Source: Thermoleophilia bacterium
GTDB lineage: Bacteria > Actinomycetota > Thermoleophilia > Gaiellales > JAICJC01
Length of the DNA stretch: 64,000 bases
Reading direction: 5' to 3'
Assembly: GCA_025928655.1 (NCBI GenBank)
Contig: JAICJC010000001.1
Span: 2,898 to 66,897 of the forward strand
Below are positions 52,650 to 63,203 of the stretch, piece by piece. The stretch's first letter is position 1; every line of letters starts with the position of its first letter. Below the pieces are notes generated by a model that was not told the DNA's origin, did not search any database, and saw only the letters and a program-made list of their open reading frames with translations. The translations under genes were made by a program, and so were the position numbers.

Positions 52650-53632
52650 AGCCGCAGCACCTCGCGGGCGTTGCCCTCGTAGACTCGCCCCGCATCGGCG
52701 GCGGCCAGGCCGAGCAATTCGACGTCGGCGATCGTCTCGCCGACGACGTCCGGGCCGCCGAGCGGCATGTCGGTGCCGAACAGGACGTTCCCCGGGCCGA
52801 AGAAGTCGAGGGTGCAGCGCAGGGCGTGCGGCGCCCCGAAGAGGGCCGTGTCGGCGTAGAAGCGGCGGAGGTAGGTGAGCGGCTCGTGCGGCAGCCGCTC
52901 GAGCGCAGGCCGCTGGTCCTCGGTCTGGATCTTGCGGAACCGGCCCGAGAAGTAGGGGATCATCGCGCCCGCATGGTGGGTCAGGATCCGCAGGCCCGGG
53001 TGCTCCTCCATGACGCCGGAGTAGACCAGCCGGCACATCGCCGCCGCCGTCTCGAACGGCCACCCGATCGACCACCAGATGCCGTGCTGCGAGGCCGTCT
53101 CGGCCGGGTAGTCCGGCCAGGCGGGGCTGCGGGTCGGGTGCAGCCAGATCGCGACGTCGAGCTCCTCGGCGAGGGCGAAGAGCGGCCGGTAGCGGGGGTC
53201 GTCGAGCGGCCGGCCGTTCACGTTCGAGTACACCTGGAACCCGAGCGCGCCCAGGTCGCGGGCGGCCCGCCGCAGCTCCTCCAGGCCGGCGTCGACGTCG
53301 TTCAGCGGCAGCGCGGCGGCGAACCCGACGAACCGGTCGTGATCGCGCACGAGCCCGGCCATCTCGTCGTTCGCAAGCTGCGCCAGCGCGCGCGTGACGG
53401 CAGGCTCGCCGAGCTCCTCGATCGGCGGCGCGCCGAGCACGAGCACCTGGCGGTAGTCGTCGAACGGCTCGAGCGCCCGCTCGCGCGCCTCCAGGTCGTA
53501 GAGCACCGGATCCTCGCGCAGCCACGGGCCGTGCTCGCGCACCGCCGCGCTCGCGCCCGGGCCCGCCAGGATCTCCTCGACCCGTTCCAGGTAGCGGACG
53601 GGTGAGATGTGTGCGAAGGCGTCGATCTTCAC
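52646..53632 (-). CDS. amidohydrolase family protein (amidohydrolase_2 / ACMSD-like)
   Basis: MKIDAFAHISP, IWLHPT, LTHHAG and FGTDMP metal-ligand pattern. 328 aa. Confidence 0.85.
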   Translation of the reverse strand: MKIDAFAHISPVRYLERVEEILAGPGASAAVREHGPWLREDPVLYDLEARERALEPFDDYRQVLVLGAPPIEELGEPAVTRALAQLANDEMAGLVRDHDRFVGFAAALPLNDVDAGLEELRRAARDLGALGFQVYSNVNGRPLDDPRYRPLFALAEELDVAIWLHPTRSPAWPDYPAETASQHGIWWSIGWPFETAAAMCRLVYSGVMEEHPGLRILTHHAGAMIPYFSGRFRKIQTEDQRPALERLPHEPLTYLRRFYADTALFGAPHALRCTLDFFGPGNVLFGTDMPLGGPDVVGETIADVELLGLAAADAGRVYEGNAREVLRL

Positions 53633-53704
53633 CGCGTCCCGATCCTAATCCCGACTTCAAAGGGCGGGGGTAGGGTGATGTGCTCCCAACCGAATCGAGG
53701 CGAC

Positions 53705-54211
53705 ATGGCCGACTCCACCCGGATGATCCTGGCGGCGAGCTTCACCACCATCGACGGCGGCACCCGCGGCGCGGCCTCGGTGGGCGGGGCGTTCCCCGAC
53801 CGCGTCGGCAACACCGCCGTCCTCGTCGTGCGCGACGACGGCAAGGTCAAGTTCATCGAGTCGAAGGACTGGGGCGCCGGCCGCGGCGCGCTCCTCGGCG
53901 GCGCGATCGGCATCATCGGCGGCCCGATCGGCATCCTGGCTGGAGGCAGCATCGGCGCCCTCACGTCGAAGCTGCGCGACTCCGGCTTCAAGAACAGCCA
54001 GCTCGAGGCGCTCGGCACGTCGATGCAGCCCGGCTCCTCGGCGGCCGTGATCGAGATCTCGCAGGACGCGGTGGCGCAGGCCGAGGCGATCCTGAAGGTG
54101 CTGAACGCGTCCCAGATCGTGACCGAGGCGATCGACTCGAGCGTCGCGGCCCTCTTCGAGGGCGAGGCCGCGCCGGCGCCCGAGACCGAGGTCGCCTCAG
54201 CGGCGCACTAG
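53705..54211 (+). CDS. DUF1269-type membrane protein
   Basis: ATG at 53705 after SD GAGG. Gly-rich TM segment GALLGGAIGIIGGPIGILAGGSIGAL. Family-like N-terminus ILAASF...VLVVRDDGKVKF. Confidence 0.7.
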   Translation: MADSTRMILAASFTTIDGGTRGAASVGGAFPDRVGNTAVLVVRDDGKVKFIESKDWGAGRGALLGGAIGIIGGPIGILAGGSIGALTSKLRDSGFKNSQLEALGTSMQPGSSAAVIEISQDAVAQAEAILKVLNASQIVTEAIDSSVAALFEGEAAPAPETEVASAAH

Positions 54212-54215
54212 ACGT

Positions 54216-54244
54216 GAATAGCCGGTGCCGGGCACCGGCTATTC
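54216..54244. terminator. bidirectional hairpin GAATAGCCGGTGCC-g-GGCACCGGCTATTC
   Basis: 14-nt perfectly complementary arms between convergent genes. It overlaps the stop codon at 54243-54245. Confidence 0.65.
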
Positions 54245-55325
54245 AGGCGGTGGGGCGGCGGGCGGTGATGGGCCAGCCGTCCGCCCCCGGCCACCACACG
54301 CCGTGGGCGAAGTTCGGCTCGCGGCGGACGCGCACGTCGACGAAGCCCGCGGCCTCGAGCCGCGCGAGCAGATCGGGCAGGGCGAAGAAGCGCAGCTCGA
54401 GCGTCTCGCCCGGGCCGCCGTGGAACACGAGTCCGCGGTGCTCCTCGAGCCGGCCGTCGCGGGTCGTGTTGCGGAGCACGTGCTCGCCGTCGCGGAGCGC
54501 GATCTCGTAGTCGTGGAGCTCCGGGAAGTGCTCGACCGTCTCGCCGTCGGGCCGGTAGGGGACGCTGAAGACGAGCAGCCCGCCCGGCTTCAGCAGGTCG
54601 TGGAGGCCCGTGAAGGCCGGCTCGACCGGCGGCGGCACATGCTCGAGCACCTCGCTGCAGACGACCAGGTCGTAGCGGCCGGCGTGGTCGCCCGGGGCGC
54701 ACACGTCGAGGCGCGGCTCGCAGTGGTAGTAGGTGTTGGCGTAGGCCATGCGCCGGCCGAGCAGGGCCGCCAGCGGGAGCGGGTCGCTCATGCCGACGCC
54801 CGTCAGGTCGGGCCGGACGGGAAGGGTGTGGAGCGGCGCGGCGCTTCCGAACAGCTCGCGGCCGATCAGGTCGGCGAGGCCGCGGAAGCGGGCGGCCGAG
54901 CCGCATCCGCTGCAGGTGGCGGTGTCGCGCGGCCACCCCCGGGTCTCGGCGATCCCGGCCGTGCCGCACAGGTTGCAGGTGAACCGGTGCGCCCGCGCCG
55001 CCCCGGGCAGCCGCAGGTCGTAGAGCGCGCGCAGGTCGCCGGCGCCCAGCCGTGGGAGCTCCGCGAGGGCGCTATCGGCCGAGCCGGTCGAGAGGACGGC
55101 GTCGACGCGGGGCTCGAGCTGCGCGGCGGCGACGTCCTCGACGAGCACCATGGCCGGCGCGGCCTCGCCGAGCGCCGCTGCGACGGGCGCGACGTCCGCG
55201 GCGCTGCCGCCGTGGATGAGGAGGGTTGCGTGGTCGTCCGGGCCGAAGCGGCCGGCGTAGTCGTGCAGCAGCCCGGCCGCGTCCCGGACGCGCCAGTCGA
55301 GCGCGGCGACGAACAGGGAATCCAT
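54243..55325 (-). CDS. class I SAM-dependent methyltransferase with a Cys4 zinc-ribbon-like insert
   Basis: CNLCG...CSGCGS, then the MTase core DLVVCSEVLEHV...LLKPGGLLVFSVP. 360 aa. Confidence 0.8.
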   Translation of the reverse strand: MDSLFVAALDWRVRDAAGLLHDYAGRFGPDDHATLLIHGGSAADVAPVAAALGEAAPAMVLVEDVAAAQLEPRVDAVLSTGSADSALAELPRLGAGDLRALYDLRLPGAARAHRFTCNLCGTAGIAETRGWPRDTATCSGCGSAARFRGLADLIGRELFGSAAPLHTLPVRPDLTGVGMSDPLPLAALLGRRMAYANTYYHCEPRLDVCAPGDHAGRYDLVVCSEVLEHVPPPVEPAFTGLHDLLKPGGLLVFSVPYRPDGETVEHFPELHDYEIALRDGEHVLRNTTRDGRLEEHRGLVFHGGPGETLELRFFALPDLLARLEAAGFVDVRVRREPNFAHGVWWPGADGWPITARRPTA

Positions 55326-55395
55326 GCCGCCTGCTCATCGGCGGTTCGGCTCCGGGCCTTGAGCGCGTCGCTGCAAACTTCGGCGTCACAGGAGA

Positions 55396-55423
55396 TTGAC
55401 AGTTTCCAAACACCGGGTAGGAT
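55396..55423 (+). promoter_or_regulatory. candidate sigma-70-type promoter TTGACA-16nt-TAGGAT
   Basis: Perfect -35 hexamer at 55396-55401 and a -10 at 55418-55423. Downstream, SD AGGAGG lies 6 nt before the GTG at 55473. Confidence 0.5.
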
Positions 55424-55472
55424 TGCGCTCAATAGGCGGCGCGTTTCTGGACGAAACACATAGGAGGCTGGT

Positions 55473-56648
55473 GTGAGGAGAACGGGTATCCGTGGCGTGG
55501 TCCTGCTCGGGGTGGGCGTGGTCACGCTGGCAATGGCGTCGGTGGCCGACGCGGCGATCGTCGCGTCGAAGCCGATCAAGACGTGGCAGGCGAACGGAAC
55601 CGTTCGCACGGAACTGATCGTGGGCAACACTGTCTATCTCGGCGGCAGCTTCACGGCCATGCTCCCCGCCGGCTCGACGGGCTCGGGCGCCGTCACCCGC
55701 AACGGGGCGGCCGCCATGAACCTCGACACCGGGGCGCTCCTGAACTGGAACCCGAACGTCACCAACGGCACGGTGTACACCATCAAGGCGTCGGGCTCGA
55801 ACCTGTACCTCGGCGGCGGCTTCTCGACCGTCGGCGGCGCGACCCACAAGAAGATCGTCGAGGTCGACAACTCGACGGGCGCGGTGGTGACGGGCTTCAA
55901 GCCGCCCACGCCGAACAAGACCGTGTACGCCATCACCCCCTCGGGCTCCGACCTCTACATCGGCGGGGCCTTCACGAAGATGGGCGGCGCGACGAAGTCG
56001 TTCGCGGCCAAGCTGAACGCGTCGACCGGCGCGCTCAACTCGACCTGGAGCCCCTCGGTCGACGCCCAGGTGCACGCGATCGCCCTCAACGGGGCCGGCA
56101 CGCGCGCCGTGCTGGGCGGGTTCTTCCGGACCCTGAACGGCGCCTCCTTCATCGGGATCGGCGCGGTCGACACCAACACCGGCGCGACCGTTCCGTGGGC
56201 GTGGCACACGTCCGACCTGCAGACGTTCCGCCCGTTCCAGGTGCTCCGTTTCACCCAGGACGGGAGCACGCTCTTCGGGGCCGGGACCGGCAACGGCGGT
56301 GAGCTGCTCAGCTTCAACATCGAGACGGGCACGCTGAACTACGTCTCCGGTGTGAACGGCAACGTGACCGACCTGGCCGTGCTCGACGGGTTCGTGTACT
56401 ACGGCGGCCACTTCTCCGGCTACTGCGGAGCGATCCCGGGGAACAACTTCTGCACCGTCCAGGCCTCCCGCGACAAGCTGGTTGCCCTCGACGAGGCGAC
56501 CGGGGCGCTGCAGAGCTGGCACCCCGCGGTGAACACCAGCCTCGGCATGGAGGCCATGGCCGCGGGTGACGGCTCGCTGACGATCGGCGGCCAGTTCACG
56601 AAGGCCGGCGGAGTCGCACAGCAGCACTTCGCCCAGTTCAAGGAGTAG
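55473..56648 (+). CDS. secreted beta-propeller repeat protein
   Basis: Signal peptide VVLLGVGVVTLAMASVADA. Recurrent motifs YLGGSFT, YLGGGFST, YIGGAFTK, LGGFFRT and TIGGQFTK, about 50 aa apart. Confidence 0.75.
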   Translation: MRRTGIRGVVLLGVGVVTLAMASVADAAIVASKPIKTWQANGTVRTELIVGNTVYLGGSFTAMLPAGSTGSGAVTRNGAAAMNLDTGALLNWNPNVTNGTVYTIKASGSNLYLGGGFSTVGGATHKKIVEVDNSTGAVVTGFKPPTPNKTVYAITPSGSDLYIGGAFTKMGGATKSFAAKLNASTGALNSTWSPSVDAQVHAIALNGAGTRAVLGGFFRTLNGASFIGIGAVDTNTGATVPWAWHTSDLQTFRPFQVLRFTQDGSTLFGAGTGNGGELLSFNIETGTLNYVSGVNGNVTDLAVLDGFVYYGGHFSGYCGAIPGNNFCTVQASRDKLVALDEATGALQSWHPAVNTSLGMEAMAAGDGSLTIGGQFTKAGGVAQQHFAQFKE

Positions 56649-56657
56649 ATCGCGCGT

Positions 56658-56691
56658 GGGGACTGTCCCCGGCTGACCGGGGACAGTCCCC
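56658..56691. terminator. palindromic repeat, family B copy 4 (GGGGACTGTCCCC-ggctgacc-GGGGACAGTCCCC)
   Basis: A 13-bp perfect stem between convergent stops. The outer AGGAGTAG and CTACTCCT arms are also complementary. Confidence 0.65.
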
Positions 56692-57879
<1,188 letters not shown>

Positions 57880-57882
57880 GGA

Positions 57883-58914
57883 TCAGCCCTCCGTCCAGTC
57901 GAGCACGACCTTGCCGGATCGGCCCGAGCGCGCGATGGCGAAGCCCTCGGCGAACTCGGAGTACGGCAGGCGGTGCGTGATGACCGGCGAGATGTCGAGC
58001 CCCGACTGCACCATGACGGTCATCTGGTACCAGGTCTCGTACATCTCGCGGCCGTAGATCCCGCGCAGCGTCAGCATGTTGAAGACGACCTGCGTCCAGT
58101 CGATCGCGATCTCCTCGGTGGGAATGCCGAGCAGCGCGATGCGGCCGCCGTGGGACATGCTCGCGATCAGCTGGTGCAGGGCCGCGGGGTTCCCCGACAT
58201 CTCGAGCCCGACGTCGAAGCCCTCCGTCATGCCGAGCTGGTGCTGCACGTCAGGGAGCGCTCGCTCGCCCGGATCGACGGTCAGGCTCGCGCCCAGCGCC
58301 GCCGCCAGCTCGCGCCGGTACGGGTTGGGGTCGCTCACGACGACGTGGCGCGCGCCGGCGTGACGGACGACCGCCGCCGCCATGCAGCCGATCGGCCCGG
58401 CACCCGTGATGAGCACGTCCTCGCCCAGGACCGGGAAGGCGAGCGCGGTGTGCACGGCGTTCCCGAACGGGTCGAAGATCGCAGCCACCGCCTCGTCGAT
58501 CCCCGGCCAGTGGTGCCAGATGTTCGTCATCGGCAGGGCGATCAGCTCGGCGAACGCGCCCGGCCGGCTCACGCCGACGCCCTGCGAGTGGGCGCACAGG
58601 TGGCGGCGCCCCGCCATGCAGTTGCGACAGCGGCCGCAGACGACGTGGCCCTCGCCGCTCACGAGGTCGCCGGGGTGGAAGTCGCTCACGTTGCAGCCGA
58701 CCTCGACCACCTCGCCCACGAACTCGTGCCCGATCACGAGCGGGACGGGGATCGTCCGCTGCGCCCAGCTGTCCCAGCGCTCGATGTGGACGTCGGTGCC
58801 GCAGATCCCCGTGCGCCGGACGCGGATCAGGACGTCGTTGATGCCGTGCTCCGGCTCGGGGACGTCCTCCAGCCACAGGCCCGGCTCGGCGCGGCTCTTC
58901 ACCAGGGCGCGCAT
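57883..58914 (-). CDS. tdh: L-threonine 3-dehydrogenase
   Basis: MRALVKS..., [36 protein letters not shown] and ITGAGPIG. The ATG at residue 11 of the track ORF was chosen. Confidence 0.92.
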   Translation of the reverse strand: MRALVKSRAEPGLWLEDVPEPEHGINDVLIRVRRTGICGTDVHIERWDSWAQRTIPVPLVIGHEFVGEVVEVGCNVSDFHPGDLVSGEGHVVCGRCRNCMAGRRHLCAHSQGVGVSRPGAFAELIALPMTNIWHHWPGIDEAVAAIFDPFGNAVHTALAFPVLGEDVLITGAGPIGCMAAAVVRHAGARHVVVSDPNPYRRELAAALGASLTVDPGERALPDVQHQLGMTEGFDVGLEMSGNPAALHQLIASMSHGGRIALLGIPTEEIAIDWTQVVFNMLTLRGIYGREMYETWYQMTVMVQSGLDISPVITHRLPYSEFAEGFAIARSGRSGKVVLDWTEG

Positions 58915-58930
58915 ATCCGAGCAGGAGGAT

Positions 58931-58979
58931 ATGCCCGAACGCACCAGACGGGGTCAGACCCCTTTTGGTGCGCGGGCAT
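58931..58979. terminator. palindromic repeat, family A copy 3, nested arms ATGCCCG/GCACCA/GGGGTC-a-GACCCC/TGGTGC/CGGGCAT
   Basis: A 49-nt three-tier palindrome between the PNPOx-family gene stop (58983) and the tdh start (58914). Confidence 0.6.
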
Positions 58980-58982
58980 GCC

Positions 58983-59495
58983 TCAGCCCGCCCCCTCCTC
59001 GTAGACGAACGTGTACATGCGGCGGGCGTCGATGCGCGCGTACGGGTGCTGCTCGGCCCACCCGATCCAGTCCTCGCCGTAGCGGGGCGCGTACACCTCG
59101 ACGAGCGCGGCGCGGAGGCCGGCCGTCTCCGGGTCGCGCAGGTCGGCGATGTGGGCGCGGCCGTGGACGGTGACGGCGAAGGGCTCGCCCTCGATGTGGG
59201 TCGCGCTCACGTCCGGCCGCGACCGGATGTGCCGGAAGCGGACGGAGTCGGGCGCCGAGCCGAACCAGAACGCGCCCCGGTAGAAGATCCCGTCGACGGG
59301 GCCGACGATCGGCCGGCCGTCCTTGGTCGCCGTCGCGAGCGCGAGCAGGCGCACGCCGGTCAGGCGCGCCGCCAGCGCCGCCGCGCCGATCCGCCGCTCC
59401 GGGGTGATGATGCGGCGCATGTGCGCGCCGGCCGCGGCATGGCTTTCGTCCAGCAGGCGCTGGAGCGCGTCGAGGTCGGCCGCGGTCTCGTGCAC
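58983..59495 (-). CDS. pyridoxamine 5'-phosphate oxidase family protein
   Basis: GTG at 59495. LLALATATKDGRPIVGPVDGIFYRGAFWFGS is a typical split-barrel FMN-binding pattern. 170 aa. Confidence 0.8.
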   Translation of the reverse strand: MHETAADLDALQRLLDESHAAAGAHMRRIITPERRIGAAALAARLTGVRLLALATATKDGRPIVGPVDGIFYRGAFWFGSAPDSVRFRHIRSRPDVSATHIEGEPFAVTVHGRAHIADLRDPETAGLRAALVEVYAPRYGEDWIGWAEQHPYARIDARRMYTFVYEEGAG

Positions 59496-59511
59496 GCGCG
59501 TACGGTAGTCA

Positions 59512-61035
59512 TCAGGCGGCGGCGGGCGGGATCCCCTGCCGGAACCGGAACACCCGGTCGGGATCCCACCTGCGCTTGATCGCGCGCAGGCGGGGCAGGT
59601 TGGTCGCGTAGTAGGCCTGCTCCCAGCCCTGGAGGCCGGGATCGATGTAGTTCTGGTACGCCTGCCCCGACGTGTGCGGCCGCAGGCCGTCCGCGAGGCC
59701 GTCCAGCCACTCCTCGGCGGCGGCGCCCTGGCCGGTCGCCCCCCAGTACGCGAGCATCTGGGCGGAGTAGAGCTGGTCGCGGTGCACGAACGCGGTCGCA
59801 CCGGGCGCCACCCGGTTGAGCGCGCCGCCGTAGGGGTCGAGCAGCACCGCGCCCGAGCCGGCCCCGGCCGTCTGGCGGGCCTCGATCGCGCGCACGATCG
59901 CGGTCGCCCCGTCCGCGCCGAGCGGGCGGGCGACGTATGCCGAGCGGGCGGCGAAGCTGGACGGCTGGATCGTCCGGCAGGCGGCCGCCGACTCGCTCGC
60001 GCACCCGGCCCAGATCTCCTGCACGTCGAGGTAGCTGCCGGAACCGGTCGAGAGCGATGCGCCGGGGACGGCGGTGATCGGCGCCATCGCCGCGCGCAGG
60101 TCATCCTCGCCACCTCCGAGTAGCTGCCCGAACACGCGCACCTGGGGCGCGGAGGAGCCCGTCTCGAGCGCGCAGATCAGGTACAGCTCGTCGGGCCCGT
60201 GCGGGGCCACGCCCTGCCAGGCGGCCAGCGCCGCGGACGCCTCCGACCAGGGGAAGTCGCAGAAGCCGTAGGCGGCCGTCGAGACGGGATGGGTGGCGAG
60301 CGTGAGCGCCGTGACCGCACCGAAGTTGCCGCCGCCGCCACCGCGGCAGGCCCACAGGAGATCGGGGTTCGTGTTCGGGTCTGCGACCTGAACGCGGCCG
60401 TCGGCCGTCACGATCCGCACCGCCAGGATGTTATCGCAGGTCGCTCCCATGGCGCGGCCGGCGAACCCCACGCCGCCGCCGAGCGCGAGGCCCGAGATGC
60501 CCACGGTCGGGCACGACCCCGTCGGCACGGCCAGCCCGTGGGCCGCGAGGGCCGTGATCAGGTCGATGGCGAGCACGCCCGCGCCGACGGTCACCGACCG
60601 CCGGTCGGCCGCGAGGCTGATCGTGTCGAGGCGGCGGACGTCGCAGACGAGCCCGCCGTTCGTGGAGTACCCGGCGTAGCTGTGCCCGCCGCAGCGGACG
60701 GTGAACGGGAGCGACGAGCGGGCGGCGAAGCGCACGCAGGCGGCGACGTCGTCCTCGACGACGGCCCGCGCGATCGCGTGCGGGCGCACACCGGCGTAGC
60801 GGTCGTTCGAGATCACGCGCGCGCTCGCGTAGTGCGGGTCGGCGGGCCGCAGCAACGGCCCGCGCAGCTGCCCGGCCAGGTCGGCCAGCGTCATCCGGCC
60901 GCCGGGGGCGGGCGGGTTTGCCCGCGTCGCGGACGGGCCGGTCCCCGCGCACGCGGCCAGCGCCCCGGCCAGCGGCAGGGCGGCCGCCCGCTCGAGCAGC
61001 TGGCGCCGTCGCACCCCGGCATCCTGCCAGCGCAT
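59512..61035 (-). CDS. FAD-linked (BBE/berberine-like) oxidase with a twin-arginine signal
   Basis: RRRQLLERAAALPLAGALAACAG. FAD-binding domain VRCGGHSYAGYS...GSCPTVGISGLALGGGVG. The C-terminal BBE-like motif is YQNYID. Confidence 0.85.
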   Translation of the reverse strand: MRWQDAGVRRRQLLERAAALPLAGALAACAGTGPSATRANPPAPGGRMTLADLAGQLRGPLLRPADPHYASARVISNDRYAGVRPHAIARAVVEDDVAACVRFAARSSLPFTVRCGGHSYAGYSTNGGLVCDVRRLDTISLAADRRSVTVGAGVLAIDLITALAAHGLAVPTGSCPTVGISGLALGGGVGFAGRAMGATCDNILAVRIVTADGRVQVADPNTNPDLLWACRGGGGGNFGAVTALTLATHPVSTAAYGFCDFPWSEASAALAAWQGVAPHGPDELYLICALETGSSAPQVRVFGQLLGGGEDDLRAAMAPITAVPGASLSTGSGSYLDVQEIWAGCASESAAACRTIQPSSFAARSAYVARPLGADGATAIVRAIEARQTAGAGSGAVLLDPYGGALNRVAPGATAFVHRDQLYSAQMLAYWGATGQGAAAEEWLDGLADGLRPHTSGQAYQNYIDPGLQGWEQAYYATNLPRLRAIKRRWDPDRVFRFRQGIPPAAA

Positions 61036-61074
61036 CCCGCCGGACGTGTATCGGCTGCACTACGATCGCCTGCG

Positions 61075-61998
61075 ATGGCACTTCCCTGGACGGTCCCCGT
61101 GATGCAGGCGCCGGTCGGCCCCGCGGCGACGCCGGAGCTGGCCGCGGCCGTCTCCGAGGCGGGCGGCCTCGGCAGCCTGGGCGCGTCGTGGACCGAGCCC
61201 AAGGTCCTGCGCGAGCAGATCCGGGCGATCCGGCGGCGCACCGACCGGCCGTTCTTCGTGAACCTGGTGCTGTCCTTCGACCAGGAGGAGCGGCTCGAGC
61301 TCGTGTGCGAGGAGGGCGTGCCGATCGTCTCGTTCTCGTGGGGCGTCGAGGCGCGGCTGGTCGAGCGCGCGCACGCGGCCGGGTGCCTGGTGGTCGCCCA
61401 GGCGGGATCGGCCGCCGAGGGCCGGGCCGCGGTCGACGCGGGCGCCGACGCGCTGATCGCGCAAGGGGTCGAGGCGGGCGGCCACGTCGAGGGCGAGACG
61501 CCCCTGGTCGAGCTTGTGCGGCAGCTGCACGGCGGGGTGCCGGTGGTCGCCGCCGGCGGGATCGCCGACGCCGACGGTTTGCGCCGCGCGCAGGCGGCGG
61601 GCGCCGCCGGCGTCGTGATGGGCACCCGCTTCCTGGCGACGCCCGAGGCCGACATCCATGCCGGCTACGCCGAGCGGCTCGTCGCCGCCGGCCCCGACGA
61701 CACCGTGCGCACCTTCCTGTTCGACGGCGGCTGGCCGGGCGCCGCCCACCGCGTGCTGCGCAACAGCACCTACCGCGCCTGGGAGGCGGCCGGCAGCCCC
61801 GAGCCGGGCGAGCGCCCAAACGAGGGCGAGACCGTGGCCGAGACCGACGGCGTGCCGATCGCGCGCTACGCGGCCGACGAGCCGCGCCGCTCGACGACGG
61901 GCGACATCGAGGCGATGTGCCTCTACGCCGGCCGCGGCGTCGGCCTGATCACGTCGGTCGAGCCCGCCGCCGAGATCGTGGCCCGCATGGCGCCCTAG
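61075..61998 (+). CDS. nitronate monooxygenase (NMO, 2-nitropropane dioxygenase-like)
   Basis: PVMQAPVG...AVSEAGGLGSLG...LIAQGVEAGGHVEG...VVAAGGIADADG...GVVMGTRFLAT. ATG at 61075 lies 8 nt after TACGAT. Confidence 0.88.
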   Translation: MALPWTVPVMQAPVGPAATPELAAAVSEAGGLGSLGASWTEPKVLREQIRAIRRRTDRPFFVNLVLSFDQEERLELVCEEGVPIVSFSWGVEARLVERAHAAGCLVVAQAGSAAEGRAAVDAGADALIAQGVEAGGHVEGETPLVELVRQLHGGVPVVAAGGIADADGLRRAQAAGAAGVVMGTRFLATPEADIHAGYAERLVAAGPDDTVRTFLFDGGWPGAAHRVLRNSTYRAWEAAGSPEPGERPNEGETVAETDGVPIARYAADEPRRSTTGDIEAMCLYAGRGVGLITSVEPAAEIVARMAP

Positions 61999-62000
61999 GA

Positions 62001-62033
62001 CCCGCCAATCGGGGTCAGACCCCTTTTGGCGGG
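62001..62033. terminator. palindromic repeat, family A copy 4 (CCCGCCAA-tc-GGGGTCAGACCCC-tt-TTGGCGGG)
   Basis: It differs from copy 1 (763-795) at a single base. It lies 3 nt after the stop at 61996-61998. Confidence 0.6.
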
Positions 62034-62094
62034 TGGCGTCGACTCGCGGGGAGGCCGCCAGGGCCTCTCTGTCTGGCGAACCCGTTGCGTGACC

Positions 62095-62133
62095 TTGGAA
62101 CGCCTGTGCGTCGCCAGTATGGTTGCTTGAGTG
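62095..62133 (+). promoter_or_regulatory. candidate promoter TTGGAA-17nt-TATGGT with the -10 box 7 nt before the GTG (leaderless-type)
   Basis: -35 at 62095-62100, -10 at 62118-62123, GTG at 62131. No SD is present. Confidence 0.4.
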
Positions 62134-63135
62134 AGCGCGATCGCTGCCGATCGACCGCAGAGCCCGCCGCCCGTCTCCTACGTGAATGCCTTGTGGGCGG
62201 TGGCGCAGTCGTTGGTGGGCGGGCTAGTGATCCTCGTCCTGGTCGGAGTGGCGTTGATGTTTGTCGGCTACGCGGCTCCGCTTCCGTTGGGAGTGCCGGG
62301 GAGCTCTGCGACTCCGCTGGCGGGAGTTTCCAACTTGGTGCGGTGGCCGTTTGATCCGAGCTTGCTGTGGTTCCGGGCGGTGGACGTGCTGGCGCTGGGG
62401 ACGGTCGTGCTGTGGTTGGGTCGTCGTCTTCGGGCTCGGTTCCTGGTGATCGATGTGCGGGTGCGGCTCACAGACGCGGTGCTGTCGGCGGGCGGGATCA
62501 TGGTGATCGCGGCGATGTCGCACTGGGCGGGGGTGGTGGCCCTGTTCGTGATCGCGGGCCTGCTGCGCCGGGCAGACGACCCGGCGTCTTCGCGAGTGCA
62601 GGTGAGGACTCGCCGCTGGGGCCGATGGCTCGCGGCTGCGTGGGTCGTGGCGATCCTCGGCAGCTTCGTGGCGGTCAACCTCGTCCCGGTCGGCGCCGCC
62701 GCGGGCGCGTCCTGCTCGATCAGCGGGGGCTCGGTACAGCCCCCGTCCCGGACGACCTTCGGGGCGGGGGAGGCGGCCATCCCGTACAGGTTCCGCGGCG
62801 GCGGAACGTTCACAACGTGCGCCATGGCTCAGAACCGAGCCTGGTTCGCGAAGGCCACCGTGCTTGGCATCGACGCCCGCCGGTTACCGCCCGCGCCCTG
62901 GCAGGTCACGCTCGTCCGTGATCTCGGATCGAGCTTCCGGCCCATCCGCCCAGTCAGACTGAGCCCGCGAAGTTCTCACCAGATGTTCGTGCTCGTGCGA
63001 TTCACAGCGTGTCGTCCAGGGATGAGCGGGCGAACGTTCACGCTCTCGACGCTCCCCGTGCGCGTGCATGCCTACGGGGGCACCCAGACTGACCCGGTGC
63101 CGCTCTCGCAGCCGGTCTCGACAACCTGTCCGTGA
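62131..63135 (+). CDS. hypothetical membrane protein
   Basis: 334 aa with about 5 hydrophobic segments in the N-terminal two-thirds and a soluble C-terminal part with Cys residues. No recognisable domain. Confidence 0.55.
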   Translation: MSAIAADRPQSPPPVSYVNALWAVAQSLVGGLVILVLVGVALMFVGYAAPLPLGVPGSSATPLAGVSNLVRWPFDPSLLWFRAVDVLALGTVVLWLGRRLRARFLVIDVRVRLTDAVLSAGGIMVIAAMSHWAGVVALFVIAGLLRRADDPASSRVQVRTRRWGRWLAAAWVVAILGSFVAVNLVPVGAAAGASCSISGGSVQPPSRTTFGAGEAAIPYRFRGGGTFTTCAMAQNRAWFAKATVLGIDARRLPPAPWQVTLVRDLGSSFRPIRPVRLSPRSSHQMFVLVRFTACRPGMSGRTFTLSTLPVRVHAYGGTQTDPVPLSQPVSTTCP

Positions 63136-63203
63136 CGTCCCTGACGACCAAGGCCACGTCCCCGCAGATATCCTCGACCCCAACCACCGATGCGACCCCG
63201 AGC

